Shown piece after piece: positions 15,098-30,150 of a stretch of 64,000 nucleotides of DNA. A program made the translations under genes and the position numbers. Origin of the DNA: the human T2T-CHM13v2.0 reference genome, Homo sapiens. Below the pieces are notes generated by a model. It did no database searches, was not told where the DNA came from, and saw nothing but the letters and a program-made list of their open reading frames with translations. Position 1 is the first letter of the stretch, and each line of letters starts with the position of its first letter. The DNA lies in assembly GCF_009914755.1 (NCBI RefSeq), contig NC_060927.1, one strand, 5' to 3'.

Positions 15098-15310
15098 AGT
15101 TACCATGTGCCAACTACTTTTTTGATGTTCTCCATGCATTACCTCATTTAATCTTTACATTTAATCTTTAAATAATTATCCTCCCTGCATAACTAAAGAG
15201 AAAATTAAGGCATTAACAAGTTAAATAACTTGTTCACGTTAGTGATGCAGCCAGGATTTTAACATGAGAAATATGATTCTAGCCACTGAACTACTAACCA
15301 CCAAACTATA
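15098..15310 (-). mobile_element. MIR SINE
   Basis: 'taccatgtgcca...cattacctcatttaatcttta...gaaaattaaggc...gttaaataacttgttcacg...gcagccaggattt' follows the antisense MIR core. Confidence 0.75.
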
Positions 15311-15318
15311 AAAAAGAA

Positions 15319-15320
<2 letters not shown>

Positions 15321-15356
<36 letters not shown>
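15321..15356. repeat. (TG)18 microsatellite
   Basis: Perfect dinucleotide run next to the tail end of an Alu. Confidence 0.97.
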
Positions 15357-15357
<1 letters not shown>

Positions 15358-15371
15358 TGTGGTGTGCATGG

Positions 15372-15670
<299 letters not shown>

Positions 15671-15684
15671 TGATAAAATTATTA

Positions 15685-16065
<381 letters not shown>

Positions 16066-19000
16066 TTAATCAAAACAACTTGGGAAAGCAAATCTAAGAC
16101 TTTTAATATTGCTTCTGTCTAGGGAAGCTAGAGAACATCTCAGAATTATTAATAGATCAAAGTGCTCTTTACCTGGAAGTTATGTATTGTATCTAGTCAA
16201 GGCCAAAAGTAATTAAAGAATATTGCCCTGTGTTTAGTGAATACTAGTTGAGGTTTGTTTGCAATGTTCCTATATTATAAAACATTTTATTATAGTGGAA
16301 ACTTTTTTATTGGAAAGGGTGACTAAGGCTCTAATAATAAGTGATACTTATGAGGCAATGCTTTTATTTTTTTTCTTATTGTCATAAAATACCTTTACAG
16401 AGCAATATTGTATCCAGATATCTCTCTTTTTTAATATAGCCCTACCATAACTGTTATGTTGAGATATTAAGTTGCTTGGTGTTTGTAATTTTGTATGTGC
16501 ACTGTTGCCCTGAAAATCATGGGTCATTCATTTTAGGATGCTAACTCTATTCTTGTAAACCCAAACTATAACATCTCCACTGATTTATTTAATAAGTATA
16601 TATTAAATAGTTTTTATTTCTTTTGAAATGCACCCCTAGGTCTCTAATATAAAATGATGTAACAATTTCTTATAAACTGCATGTTTTTACATTAAACAGC
16701 TTAAAATACATTCTCGAAATAAAAGTAAATGAGATTATATATTTAATTCAATTTTGACATAAAACTGTATAAAGAAAAGTTTTTTGTCAATGCTCTGCTG
16801 TGGTTTTGTTAATAAAAACAGATTATTATCTAATGAAAGTTAATAGTAAGCCAAATTACATATGAAATATCATTCGTTAGTAAAGCACAATTAACCTATT
16901 TGATATTACATGACTTGTTTCTTACTATTGCGTAGGATTAAAATTTTGGCATCATGTTTGGTTGGTGCACACAAACTCTGCCAAGCAAAATAAATTAAAA
17001 TAACCTTTATAACTTTTTGCTCCATTGAGAGTTTTCAATGTTTAGTTTTTAAATGCAGACTTAACTTCATTAAATTATACGTGGAATGTATATGGAAATA
17101 TGGCTCAAAATAATGGTGCCAGTGATTTTACTGGGAAAAAGTCATTTAGTAAGGGATAAATGGCTGGTAACTAAACTCTAAGAATTTTTGCATTTTTGTA
17201 TCACTGCCTTTCTTTAAATGATCCTATTTTTAAAATTTGTCCTGCAGAAAGAGAAAGAACAGAAAATTCATATCTGGTGATCAACCAGTAACATGTCCTT
17301 TGTGTTCCTGGACATCTCAGAAAACAAATCATATTGAAGTACATGACATTAATATAAATAAACTGTTCCTGCTACAGATAGAAGGTTGTGATTTTGATTT
17401 AGGATCAGCCACCAGCTTTTCAGAGCTAAGAACAAAGCAAATATATTTAATTTTGGATTAACATAGCATCTTGTGGAATATATTTGTATATGGCTATATA
17501 TAAAGCCAGGATAAAGACTCTTTTGTAGCATTACATCATCAATGTAAACTTTTACAAAAATCATTGAAATAAAGACATTCATATGCAGATATCTTATCTG
17601 CACAAAGCCCAGAAACTGTCTTCCAATTTTACATTCATAACTTTCATTCACAAGATCATAGTGAATAGATGTTCTCTGAAATGCCCCATTCTTTCTTTCT
17701 TTCTTTTTTTTTTCTCTTAAAATGAGCCTTTTACAATCTATTAGGGGAAAATATAGCCGGTAACCCCATTGAGCATGTTCAAGTATATGCAGGTCATAAC
17801 CTTATGCTATTTGTAAGCTTATGTTTTTCTTTAATGTCACAAGAATTTCTTTCATGTCACTCTTGCCGTAGCACTTTATAATAAAGTTTAGGTAGTCTGC
17901 ACTTCCAGGGTGTCTCATATAATACAGAAATGCTAACAGTGTATATTAACATTATCACTGTTGTAACTACCTTATAAAAAAAAGAGGCCATTATAAGTGA
18001 TCTCATTTTACTGCAATACATTTTTATTTAGTGGTTATATTGTTTTGCCAATACTGAGAAAATAAAGTAAATGCAAATGGGCTTAGTTTAAATTAGATTT
18101 TTAGGTATAAATTAATTTTTATTATCTAAAAGAAAAAATTACATTCTAAGTGATAATTAATCTTTTTGCAAACCTAGCTATTTCCATGAAATAGCAGAAA
18201 TTTAAACATATAAAACATTCATAATGTAATAATTGAATAAAATTAAGCAATGCCAATGCACATATTATACTATTTTATTTATAACAGTTATTCACATAGG
18301 AAGTATGAGATATTTTATCAATTGTCTTTCCTGGATATAGGTACATCTTATATTGACATGAACTTTTGTATGTGAACTTATAAAATGCATGTGGGCTCAT
18401 AGGTATAATCTATATTGACTAAAGGAATGTGCGTTCCTTCCTTTAATTGTAGAAGGATTACCTAATATTTATGAAACTATATTATCTATTTTTCATAGGG
18501 TTATTAACAAGAAATACTTTAAATATTGATGTTCACAATGAGAAATAAAGCAACACACATAAAGTGGAAACAGAAACATAGTGTTAGGAGTATTTAACCA
18601 TGCTGGTATAAGAAAATCGTATAATAATAAGACAATGCTGAATGCAACACAGTCATTATCCTTTGGGCACATAATTTCAATTTCTGTAGTTTTCTCTCCA
18701 CATTTGATTGATATAATAAATACAAAAATAAAAAAAATTACATAGCAATAGCTTGAAGAATAATAGTAAGACCACAACCTGTAATTAAAATACCTTTAAA
18801 TTTTACGTATATTTGTTATATTAAGACTTACTTTTCCAGATAATACCCCTTTAGATAATGCATAAACCATGAACGCAAAATAAACATCATCACTAAAATA
18901 GAAGTGTTTTGGACTGTGAACTTGAGAAGGAAGGATGATGAAGGATGTACTATCACATTTCCACTCTTTGATACACTATTGGAAACCAAAAAATGAAAAA

Positions 19001-22000
19001 GGAAAACACAAAATAAACTTTAGAGGTAATAGTAAGTATTGAAGTGTCAAGAAAAAAAACTTCTTAAATATCTCAAACAAATATCATAATACTATTTTTG
19101 AGAAATCTCAGAAGGGATTTTAAATTTCTGAAAATGGGATATGAACTCAGGTATATCAATTAACTTAAATGATGTACTTCTTTATACCTTGGTCGGTTCT
19201 GTAGCTGGTCAGACCAATCTTTACAACATTACATATAGATAGGAAGCTGGCTACCTTTAGAAATTTCATTACATGCCTCTTAACTCCTATTTTATGTGAG
19301 TATTTCACTGTGTAGTCACTTTAGCGGACCATGGATTCATGCTTGGTCAAAAACAGAAAATACATATCATTTCTGTTTAGTCGATATGTCAGGAAGATTT
19401 AAATGCTGAAAAAAGGAGTAGGCATTCAACAAAAGCTGAATATCTCAGTCCAGACAGTTTCAAGCATATTCCTTCAATTGTCATAGACATCAGATACATT
19501 ATACATCATATAATCAGAGACATTAGCAACATTAAGCTCAGAATTGTCGGTAGCAGTACCAAAATAATAATCTTAATCTAATAGTACCTCAGGTTCCTTT
19601 CTCAATGGATATAATATAAATATTTTGAAATATCAAAAATCTTCATTTGAGCTCTCTCTTTATGCTTATGGCATATAAAAAGAGAATTTTTATCACATAT
19701 TTGGGTATTAAGTAATTCTCAGATGACCTCTTATTTGTTCACTTAAATTTGAGTAAACCTATCCTTGTATTATTCCTCTAGGTCCAGATGTTTTTAGTCC
19801 TATATTATTTTTTTCAAGTAGTTTAAATTATTTTTATAAAACAATTAAAAATATTTTGAAACAACATTTATGTTTCTAAAAATTACACTACACATTCACC
19901 TTCTTATACTAAAACTAATTATTAGAATACAATCCAGGACTGTACATTACATATATAGGTCAGGGAAATTAGAAATATTTCCAAAATAATGAGGAAATAC
20001 TGAAAATTTCTGAGCTTAGGGAATCTGAGTCAGTACCCACAATTTATTTTACTTGTAAATCAGTAACTGTTACTATAATTCCAATAATCCTAAATTCATT
20101 TATTTTTTGCTTTCTTTCATCATGAAAAATTACAATTCAATATATAGTATAATAAGTGAAAATATTCATAATGTTGATCAGATTCCATTTTATCTTAAGT
20201 TTATGTTATAGTCAGTCATTGATGTTCCTGTTAAGTTGGTGTCTGTTTCATCAGACAAATACGCATTGAAATCAGACAAACATCTACCCACTATGTGACC
20301 ATGGGCCATTTTCAGAATTTCCCAGAGATTAGCTTCTATCAAAAACTAAAATGAGTTACCTCATGTAAAACTGCTCAGAGCGCATATGACTTGGTAGAGA
20401 CATAATATGAAGCAACGTCCTCCATTCTGATGACCTCATTTTGAATATTTGAAATATTTGGAAACACTCCTTGTTTATACCAAGTATAAGATTCATAAAC
20501 TTTGGCCTGGTTATTTCAAAAAAATAATACACGACTTTTTCTACACTTTGTGGATAACAATTTCCTTTATTTTCTAAATAGAACAAAGGAGATTGTAAAG
20601 TGAGTAACTCTTCCAGGTTTAATCATCTCAGTGATTCCTTTTGAGTTTGGAAAGATAGGTTACGTCCCACAGGGTGAAGGACAGCCTGCTTCTGGCCATC
20701 TTCCAATTCCTCAGCTCTGTCTAACAGCTCCACTCCAGGGCATCGAGGAAGAGGCCGGCATTTCTCCTCTCTGCCTGTAAAGCTGACACGTGGGATATTA
20801 CAAAAGAGTAAATACCATTGTCTGTAATGCATATCTGTCTTGGTATAAAGAAGGAATGTTTTCAAATATTTCAGAAAATAAGACAAAGGTACATAGCCAA
20901 AAATAATTCAGTTCCCAAGTATCATTGCTAAGTGTTTGTTATCTTGATGCAGAACAGTTGTGAAATGTTTGTGATAACTAATATCAAAAAAACTTTCATA
21001 AATATCACCTCATTTTCCTTCACAAACCATTCTATTTTATTTGGGGCATATATATTATCCACATTTAATAGAGGAGGAAATGAGAAATAGAAAATTGTTA
21101 TTATTAGCTCACGTATGCTCAATTAGTAAATGACAAATTCAGATCACAAGCGTCTCTTCTGTCATTTGGCAGATATTTGCCTTATATTTGTATATACATC
21201 GAAACTAGGATACTGTCTTGAAAATCCAAGGCAGCAAAGAAGCATTGTAAGGTAGGAATAGAAAATAATAGTAATATCCAATAAATTGATATGTACTTTG
21301 CTTGGGACCTTATTACATATTATGTCTTACATTTTTGCAAAATATATTTAACTGCACATATACTTTACAAAGAGCTTGAAAGATTCTTGTTTGTACTACA
21401 ATGCACAGGGCATATTATTTTGCAATACATGGACATAATGCGACTCTTTATGAAGGACAAAGTTATTTCACAGTTCTAAAGGCCATGCTCTTTCTTTAGA
21501 ACAGTGACTACGGATTGAAAAATGCAAAGCCCTTTGCTCTTTGTAGTTATTTTTCCTCTCAGTTAATGGCACAAATCGCTGAACTTTTCTGAAACTGAAT
21601 ACATTTCTTGACCTGTGACATAGAAGTGACTTGATAACTAGGTGCCGGGGTGCTTGAATACATAACAATGAAGGTATTCTTGTAGTTGCCTAGAATTTAG
21701 GGCACACGGTTAGGGGTCTTATTGCAAGGGTGCAGTGGGATGATTTTTCAGTAAAAGCCAGAATGAGGAGCCATCATATTACAAGTAGTCTGAAAAACAT
21801 AATCTGAAAGAACAAAGGCATATTTGATGATGGGGAATTGTGTAGCAATGTTGGCAGCAAACACAAAGCTTCTCCATCCCTTCCTAAAACACACGCTAGC
21901 TGTTTAGCGAAATCCAACTGAGTGCATATGTCCTGAAGAAGTTTAAAAAAATAACAATGTTGAGGCAAAAAATTTCCAAGTTGTAGTTTTCATGTTTAAA

Positions 22001-22059
22001 ATATCATTTTACAACTTCGAGAATGCTGTATTTGGTTGATTTTAGCCATCTGTGTGTTT

Positions 22060-22185
22060 CCATATCATATGGATATTGTGTATATGTGTACTATACCATA
22101 TACATATGTATATGTGTATTATATACATAGTATATGTGTATTATATTATATACATGTGTTATGGAAACACATCATACATATATCA
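22060..22185. repeat. TA/TATG-rich low-complexity repeat
   Basis: Degenerate (TATG/TATA)n, read directly. Confidence 0.8.
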
Positions 22186-23490
22186 TGTCTGTCCTCTAAA
22201 TAAGAAAGCTTATTTTTCAGATGCCTGGGCTATAAGTGTCAACTCTTAATCTTGATAAGGTCAGAAAGGGGTAAAATTAAAATTGTGAAAACGGTGTTGC
22301 CCAAACAATGAAAAAGGGGAGCTCTAACCTGCACTTTTCTCTCTGCCTTCAGGGAAATTCTGATTCAATTTCAATCAAGAATATAACATGAAGAATGAAT
22401 TTATTCCATGTAACAAAGTTTACCTTTTCTTCTCCTTCATCTTTCACCTAAACTTTGGTAAAGATTGTGCACACCGTTCTTTTGAAATGCTATCTTCGTC
22501 TTTCACATACATGATCTTGAATATAAAGAGATCACAGCCTTAGGAGAGACAGCTCTTAATGAAGTGCTGTCAATGAAGTTGACAATGAACCTTAATGAAG
22601 ATCCGATTAAGGATGCTCTACTCTAGAATACCCTATTGGTTGTCTTATGGTATATAGTTTTGGGAGAACTAAAAGCCACAATAATAAAATAATTAAAATG
22701 TTTTTCTCTAACTCCAGAAAATATTTTTAAAATCTCCTTGATCATTTTTTTGTCTTTTGTCTTTCTTTATTGACCCTAACTATTGTGGCTGAATTACCGA
22801 GCAAGCAAAATAGAGGCATGTAAACACAAACTGCCACAGATTTATATTATAAAGAGCCACAACATGTATTCTACAGAAACAGAAAACAGTGTTAGCATTG
22901 AATTTAAGTTCCTATAGAAAGAAATAGTCCATTAAAAATAAGCCTATAATGATCGATTGCATTTCTACCCACCATAAATACTTTTACTGATATACTGACT
23001 TAGCCATTAGCATGCAATGAAGTACCCAATTATTATATGCCCTGCTGTTTTCAACTCTTGCGTTGTCAGTTCTCAGTTTTGAAATAAGCTGCGTGATGTG
23101 AAAGGCATCGCTCCTTCTGTGACTGGTCTGCTGAGCTGATATGCTTTCTGACTTCCTTAGGCTTTTCTGTAGTTGTAAGTCAATGCTAATAGCATGATCC
23201 ATGCTTTTGGTTTTAAACCATTTACACTGCAAAATAATTCTTTGAAGTATTTCTTTATGTATACCAGAGTTTCTTTCTATTTTCCCCTTAGAGTATCTGA
23301 AATGCTTAAGCTAAAATGTGCCTTTAGCAAAAAGAAATATTCATTTTGTTTTTTAGAATAGTAAACTGCCTTCGTTCACTTCGAAACATATGAATGCCAC
23401 CTACTTTTAGGGTCTTTCAGATCCAATTATCACCTTGAACAGTTGGTTGAGAAAAAAGCAAAATAACTTCAGTATAGGAATGTAGTAAAC

Positions 23491-23789
23491 CAGTGTTCTC
23501 CAATATAGAGTAGCCACTAGCCACATGAGTGATGGGGCTTTGGCTAATCCAAATTGAGATTGTGAAGACTTAATAGGAAACAAAGAATGTAAAATGTCAC
23601 ATTCATAACTCTTACACTGATTACATGGTGAAATGATAATATTTTCATAAGCTGGGTTAAATAAAATACATTACTTAAAGTAAATTCACCTGTTTCTTTT
23701 TAATGTTTAGAATATGGCTACTAAAAAAATTAAAATTATATATGTGACTAGCATTTATTGCTTAAATTCTATTTTCTTAGATAGCTTTG
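23491..23789 (-). mobile_element. MER33 hAT-Charlie DNA transposon fossil
   Basis: 'ccaatat..gtagccactagccacatg', 'gggttaaataaaata', 'aattcacctgtttctttt' and 'tggctactaaaaaaattaaaattatatatgtg' follow antisense MER33. Confidence 0.85.
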
Positions 23790-23960
23790 TTTCAATGAAT
23801 GGATTAATCAACAATGTATTTTAGGTATAAATTTCAATATTAGGTTGCTCTTGATTTTTTCTTTTTTAAGTATAATTCTGTTTATTTTATAGATTCTTAA
23901 TGATAGGAGACCCTTGAAATTATTTTCAGCTTTTTAAGCAAGTACTTTTAGGTTATTAAG

Positions 23961-24545
23961 TTTAATTGATAGAAATTATATACAGTTATGTTAGGCAGCA
24001 TAATGTTTTGATATATGTTTACCTCATGAAATTATTAAATCAAGCTAAGTAATATATTCATCACCTCACATACTAATTTTTTTTATGGTGAGAATATTTA
24101 AATTCTACTCTGTTGGCAATTTCCAGGTATGAATTATACCATCAACTATAGTCACCAAGCTGTATAATAGATTTCCAGAACTTTTTCAGCCTAACTGAAA
24201 CTTTGTAACCTTTTACTAACATCTTCCCAATTACTTCTATCTCCTAGCTCCTGGTAACCTCTATTCTGCTTTCTGCTTCTATGAGTTGGACTCTTTCAGA
24301 TTCCACATGTAAGTGAGATCAGGCAGTATTTGTCATTCAGTGCCAGCTTGTTTCACTTAGCATAACATCCTCTAGGTTCATAGTTGTTGTTGCAAAGGAC
24401 AGTATTTTTTTCTTTTTTAAAGTCTCAATAGTATTCAATTATATATATATGTATATGTATTACATATAAATATGTATGTATGTGTGTTTGTGTACACACC
24501 ACATTTTCTTTATTCATTCATCATTGATGGACATTTCAGTCGATC
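23961..24545 (-). mobile_element. L1MA (about L1MA7-9) 3' fragment
   Basis: 'taaatcaagcta...catcacctcacata', 'ctatagtcaccaagctgtataatagat' and 'agattccacatgtaagtgagatc' follow an antisense L1MA 3' UTR. Confidence 0.85.
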
Positions 24546-25529
24546 CCTGTTAGTTTATTCTTAAGATATTTTAAAGACCTTTGGAGGAATAATTACTACT
24601 AGAAAAGAAGACGTGCTACTTTGCTGCATATCACTTCTTAGTTAGTTTTTCTTTACAAGTCTCTATTGCTTTTCCCCCAGTAATCGTTTCATCCTGCCTT
24701 TTACTTTCCAGAATTCTTCATATCCATGTGTGATTGTCTTTAAACACAAACTACACAAAGCAAAGGCAATATATATAACGAGTTGACCCCATCCATGTTA
24801 AATGAACCATCAATTAATTCCGCAAACTATATCATTCTAATTCTCTCTTATGCCTTGCTTTTTTTTCTCAGTATGCCTATGAGCAGCACATTTGATCACC
24901 TGGGAGTATTTAAAGAACAATTTTTCATGGGTAGGGCATCAGGGTGAGCACAGTGATTGCAAACAAGAGTTAAAACTGCACATCGTCATAATGGGAAGAG
25001 TCTAGACTTGGATTTCATTTTTTGAAAAATTACGAAGATGTTTAGGACAAAAACTTTTTTTATTTCCACATAGAATACTTAAGAAGGCTCTGCTGTCTAT
25101 AATCAGATTTTAGTGGAAGTTTTAAAGTAAGAAAAATACCAACACATTACTAAATAGGAAAAAAATATTAAGATGTGATACTAAGATACTGCTACTAAAA
25201 ATTCTCAAGAATAGGCGTTCTATCTCAGAAGTAGCTCATACAGAAATAAGAGTACGTTAAATTTTTTATGTATATTATTTTTTCCAGTAGGGAAAATTTA
25301 CTCTATATTTCAATACAGACTTTAGTCAGAAGCCTAAAAGAAAGCCAACAAATATGCTCATAGAATGGATTCCATGCCTCTCCCTGTCTCCCACTTCAGT
25401 CTTTCCACAACTGGGAAAGAAGACTAGGCATTTGCTTTCTAGTGTAGTATACTAGATGGTGTTTATTTTTAAAGAAAATATAGATTTAGATCTCCTAATG
25501 AAATATCAAAACATACAAGAATAAACTTT

Positions 25530-25825
25530 TTTTTTTTTTTTTTTTTGAGATGGAGTCTCGCTTTGTTGCCCAGGCTAGAGTGCGGTGGTGTGATCTTGGC
25601 TCACGGCAGCCTCCACATCTCGGGTTCAAGTGATTATCCTGCCTCAGCCTCCAAGTAGCTGGGATTGCAGGTGTGCACCACCATGCCTGGATAATTTTTG
25701 TATTTTTAGTAGACACGGTTTCACCATGTTGGCCAGGCTGGTCTGGAACTTCTGAGTGTAAATGATCTGCCCACCTCTGCCTCCCAAAGTGCTGGGATTA
25801 CAGGTGTGAGCCACCGCATCCATCC
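25530..25825 (-). mobile_element. AluS (Sz-like) SINE with 12-bp TSD
   Basis: Poly-T then Alu body; TSD AGAATAAACTTT at 25518-25529 and 25826-25837. Confidence 0.97.
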
Positions 25826-28800
25826 AGAATAAACTTTGTAAACAGCATTTTATTTATCGCAGCATGTCCAAGGTCAGATATTTATTAGCACTTTATATAT
25901 GGTGTAGCCATCTGCTTTCATAGCAATATTTTGTCTGTATTTGAGGACATTGTAAATGTTTGTACAGTTTTCTGAGAATCACAGGAGTGCAAAATGTTGG
26001 GAACCAGGAAATGGATGATGCTTCAGTTAAAGAAAAAAGAAGAGTTCTGTGGCTTGTACACATAAAACATAAAGATAAAATTGGAATTCTAGAGCAGTTT
26101 CTTGAGGGAAGCAGCAGAAAGGTCAAAAACTTCTGATGACAGCAGAAAAAGGTAATCCCTTTTGTAAGATCCAAAAGATGATCCTTGCATGCATGAATCT
26201 CGGTTAACAGAAAGGTCAGTGAGTAGTTTACTGACTGTCTCAAGGGCTTTAGCTACGTAATGCCAGGCGCCCACATGTTCCTGGATATTTATAGAATGAG
26301 TATAGGATAGAAACAATTGTCTGATTAATTTTAGATTCTTTATCTTTTCATCTGGATATATTTGGCATCATGTAAACAATATTATGTAACAGACATAAGT
26401 TATTCTGCTCATGTGTTGGCAAGCAAATAAAATTATTCCTCTTCAAATTAAAAATGTTCAGTGAGCTTTATACATTTTACTTATTAATCTTCCAGGATTA
26501 CCCTTCCATGTAAATTATGGAGTTGTAATGGTAGTTTCTTTTTGCCCACATTCAGTTTATTTCGAATTTTTACTACAAAGAAGGCTTTTAAGAAATAAAG
26601 CAAAATGAAAGGGTAATGTTCATCTTCAACATGTTACTCTTAGCCATAGCTAATTAATTTGTAATATATTTTTTGATGAATGAGCTTTATATCTATTATG
26701 ATATTTGAAAGTTTTCCCATATTTTTGTGACAATTTATTGAATGCACACATGTTGATAATAAAACTATTCATCATTTTTGAAGTGAAATTCTATGTGTCT
26801 GCATAACATTACCTCCTCATATATTCTTACACATCCTAAAGGAAGTCCAACCACAAATAACAGCTAAAAAACTGCCCCAGTTTTTTCCAAAGTTCCCTTA
26901 CCAGTTTTGACATATTTCTGCTACAGCACTGATTCTATTATTTTATTTACTGTTAATGCCTGTTTGGCTGCGGAAACAGTGTCTCATTCCTGTTTACATC
27001 TTCTCTGCACACCATGGTGTTCAGTAAATATTTGTTTGTTCAAGGATGATTATTTCATAATAAAACAAAAGCCTGAGGACTGAATAGATGAAACAGAATT
27101 TTCTGTCTAATCCTGAATGAAGGTCTTGCTTCCTGGTATTACATTCTGACAGCTTTGTCTATAGATTCTATATACTTTTTTGATTTGATTAATTCTGCTT
27201 GCTGGCCCAAGCACTGAATTCATATTGGTTCTTGCCGCTTTCCTTATACAAAAAGTAATGGCTCAAGTCCTAAAACCAGCTGGGGCACATGTATCTCAGG
27301 AATTGAACACCTTTGGAAACCTTTTATAGTACAGTCCTTTAGAACACCAACTGTACAAATTTCAAAACTCTCTATAAACATCCATTGCATTTTGGTGTGA
27401 TAAACTGTTAAACATAGTATTTGTAATAAGCAAAACTTAAAAGTATGCAACTCTTTTAAAACCCTGAAAAAACTACCTTTTGGGGCACTATTAATGAAGT
27501 TTGTCTGAAACCACCTTTTATTTTTCTGGCATATAAGATAATATCCTCAGAATCAAGAGAGTAAGAGCAGAATAACTGGTTCTAATTAGGAAATAGGCCT
27601 CTGAAAACAACTGCAAGCAGGTCTTTATTTGGATCAAATAAGCAGAAATAGAAAAAAATAAAGAGTTTTGAAATTATAGCTAAGGTTCACATTGTCATAA
27701 TCAAATTACATTAAGAAGACCTATTATGAATTATTTAACAAAACTAAGATACACTGATTTGACATAAAATTGTCTTTAGAAAGAAAGATATTATTTCTTT
27801 ACACTACTTTTATTTGTCTATTAAGAGATATAAATGACAGATAATAATTATCTCCATTGATAATTTCATGATTAAGAAGTATTTACATCGATGCTCTCAG
27901 CTGACCTTAAATGTGTGCTTTCATAGCATTTTAATCCCAGAGTCATCATTATCAGATGTGTTTAGTAGGCACGGGAAGTATATAAGACACCTAGGGGAAT
28001 CACCTGATGACATGGGAATTTGCTGTTGACTTTAAACAGTAATTCATGATCTGGAGCTCTAGACAATCTGAAACAGTCTTAAAGCTGAATAACTTTTCCT
28101 ATAATTATATTAAATAACTATTAATTGAAAATTTATTCGGCAGTATTTAGAGTCTTCTACCTAAAGTGATCTATTAATCTTGTGGTGGTTTTCTATATTT
28201 TGAAGAAATCTGACAATGCAGAGTTTTGGAATTTGAAAATGTGGTTAGTTCTTCAAGCATTTTTATTTAAAAAAAATAACTTTCAGAAAATTTTGGCATT
28301 AAATTCACTTCTCCAGAAATTCAAGACCAGTCTTGATTCCCTGAAAAATTGCCCCATTTTTCTCTCTTGAATATTTTGCAACAGAACTACAATGAAGTAA
28401 TTTGAGTATTTTAAACTTGATACAATGCCTCATTCCCCACATCCAAGTCATTTAAATTCTTTCCTCAGTGCCTGTTTTCCACCAGATTGTGTCCAAGTTT
28501 AGCAGTTTAGTCCAAAATCTCAGTATCAACTGAACTTTTGACTCACATAAATGATTTTCAATAAACGTAATTAAATTTATATTAGAGGATTAGACCTGGT
28601 CAGAGAGATTTCCATTTCAATTATTAGAAAATAATATTTCAGGTTTAAGGACTGAAAAGTATTTCCAACCTTTAACTGGAACATTTTTTGTCTTAATTAG
28701 AGTACGTCTATTTACTTTTAGGCTTCCAGACTTTCTGTACGAAAAACAAGCTTTGAGTTTGAATTTTTAATCCCCCCAAAAAAACACAGTAAAATAGGAC

Positions 28801-29644
28801 AACATGAGTTGTTCTTGCCCACAGTTCTTTTCTATTTGTACTATGTTTATCTTCATATGCTGAAAAATGTTCCTTTTTCTACATTGAGATTTTGATGTGC
28901 CAAACAAATTGAATTTCTTTTTCCTACCACATTTCTATTGGCGGGGACTGAAAGTTTCTCTGGATTTCCTTGTTGCTGTTGTTTGTGCTGTGAAATTATT
29001 CAGAATTTCTAGATGTTAACATTTTAACCTTCTTTTAGTTAATCTCAAATTTTTTTCCAGACATAATATTGAAATTATGTTTAAATGGAATCAGAAGAAA
29101 TTTACATCCAGTACATTTATATACAAAAAAAAGGCGTATTTTGAACATATGAGTTTATATAAAAGTTGTAATTTACTTGATTTGAAAACTTTCTCAGTTT
29201 TACTTTTTATTCTGCCAAATAATATATATTGATATTAAAAATAGTTACAATGGATATGTTCATTTTATGTGAGCAAATGGGAGATGCCTACATTATGTTA
29301 GTATATTTTTCATACCCGTTTCTCAATTTAGTTATATGTATACTATCTAATATTATGATTGCAGATAAGTATTGACATTGACAATGACCACTTACAGAAG
29401 TAAGTTCATAGAAAAACACGTTTTTGTGTCTTGTTTTGTTTTCATTTTTGCTTTATTAGTAATTTTTAGGGTCACAAATGAATAGATTTTTCTATGCACT
29501 AATAATAATAACAGAATAGATACAAAATATTTTTTCTTAGCCAATGAGCACATTCTATTTGTCTAACATCTGCCTTCAAACCTAGCAATTTCTGTGCTCT
29601 CCAACCAAAGAACCGTTAACATTTGATCTGAGAGTGCTCTAGAC

Positions 29645-29973
29645 CAGGGCTGTGGACCTTACCGGTCAGTGGCCTGTTAGGAACTGGCTGCACATAGGAG
29701 GTGAGTGGCGGGCCAGTGAGCATTACCGCCTGAGCACCACCTGCTGTCAGATTAGCAGCGGCATTAGATTCTCATAGAAGTGCAAACCCTACTGTCAACT
29801 GCACATGCGAGGGCTCTAGGTTGTCCACTCCTTAGAAGAATCTCACTAATGCCTGATGATCTGAGGTGGAACACTTTCATCCCAAAACCATCCTCACCCA
29901 GCCCCTTTCCATCTGTGGAAAAATTATCTTCCACGAAACTGGTTCGTGGTATCAAAAAGGTTGGGGACCACTG
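29645..29973 (+). mobile_element. MER1B hAT-Charlie DNA transposon
   Basis: 'ggcctgttaggaac...gcggcattagattctcatag...aaaaaggttggggaccactg'; perfect 8-bp TSD CTCTAGAC at 29637-29644 and 29974-29981. Confidence 0.92.
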
Positions 29974-29998
29974 CTCTAGACTTAAAGCATGGTGGGGC

Positions 29999-30150
29999 CA
30001 GTATTTCTCAAATATAAATGAATATCACTAGCAGCCAGTTAACCTAGGGTTATTGATAAAATGCAGATTGCGGGGATACAATACAGACCTAATAAAACTG
30101 TTAAATCTATTGGCTATTCTTACACATATTAAGCTTTAAAACATCAGTTT
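29999..30150. mobile_element. MER5-like DNA transposon fragment
   Basis: 'cagtatttctcaaa...acctaggg...taaaatgcagattgc..cagacct'. Confidence 0.5.
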
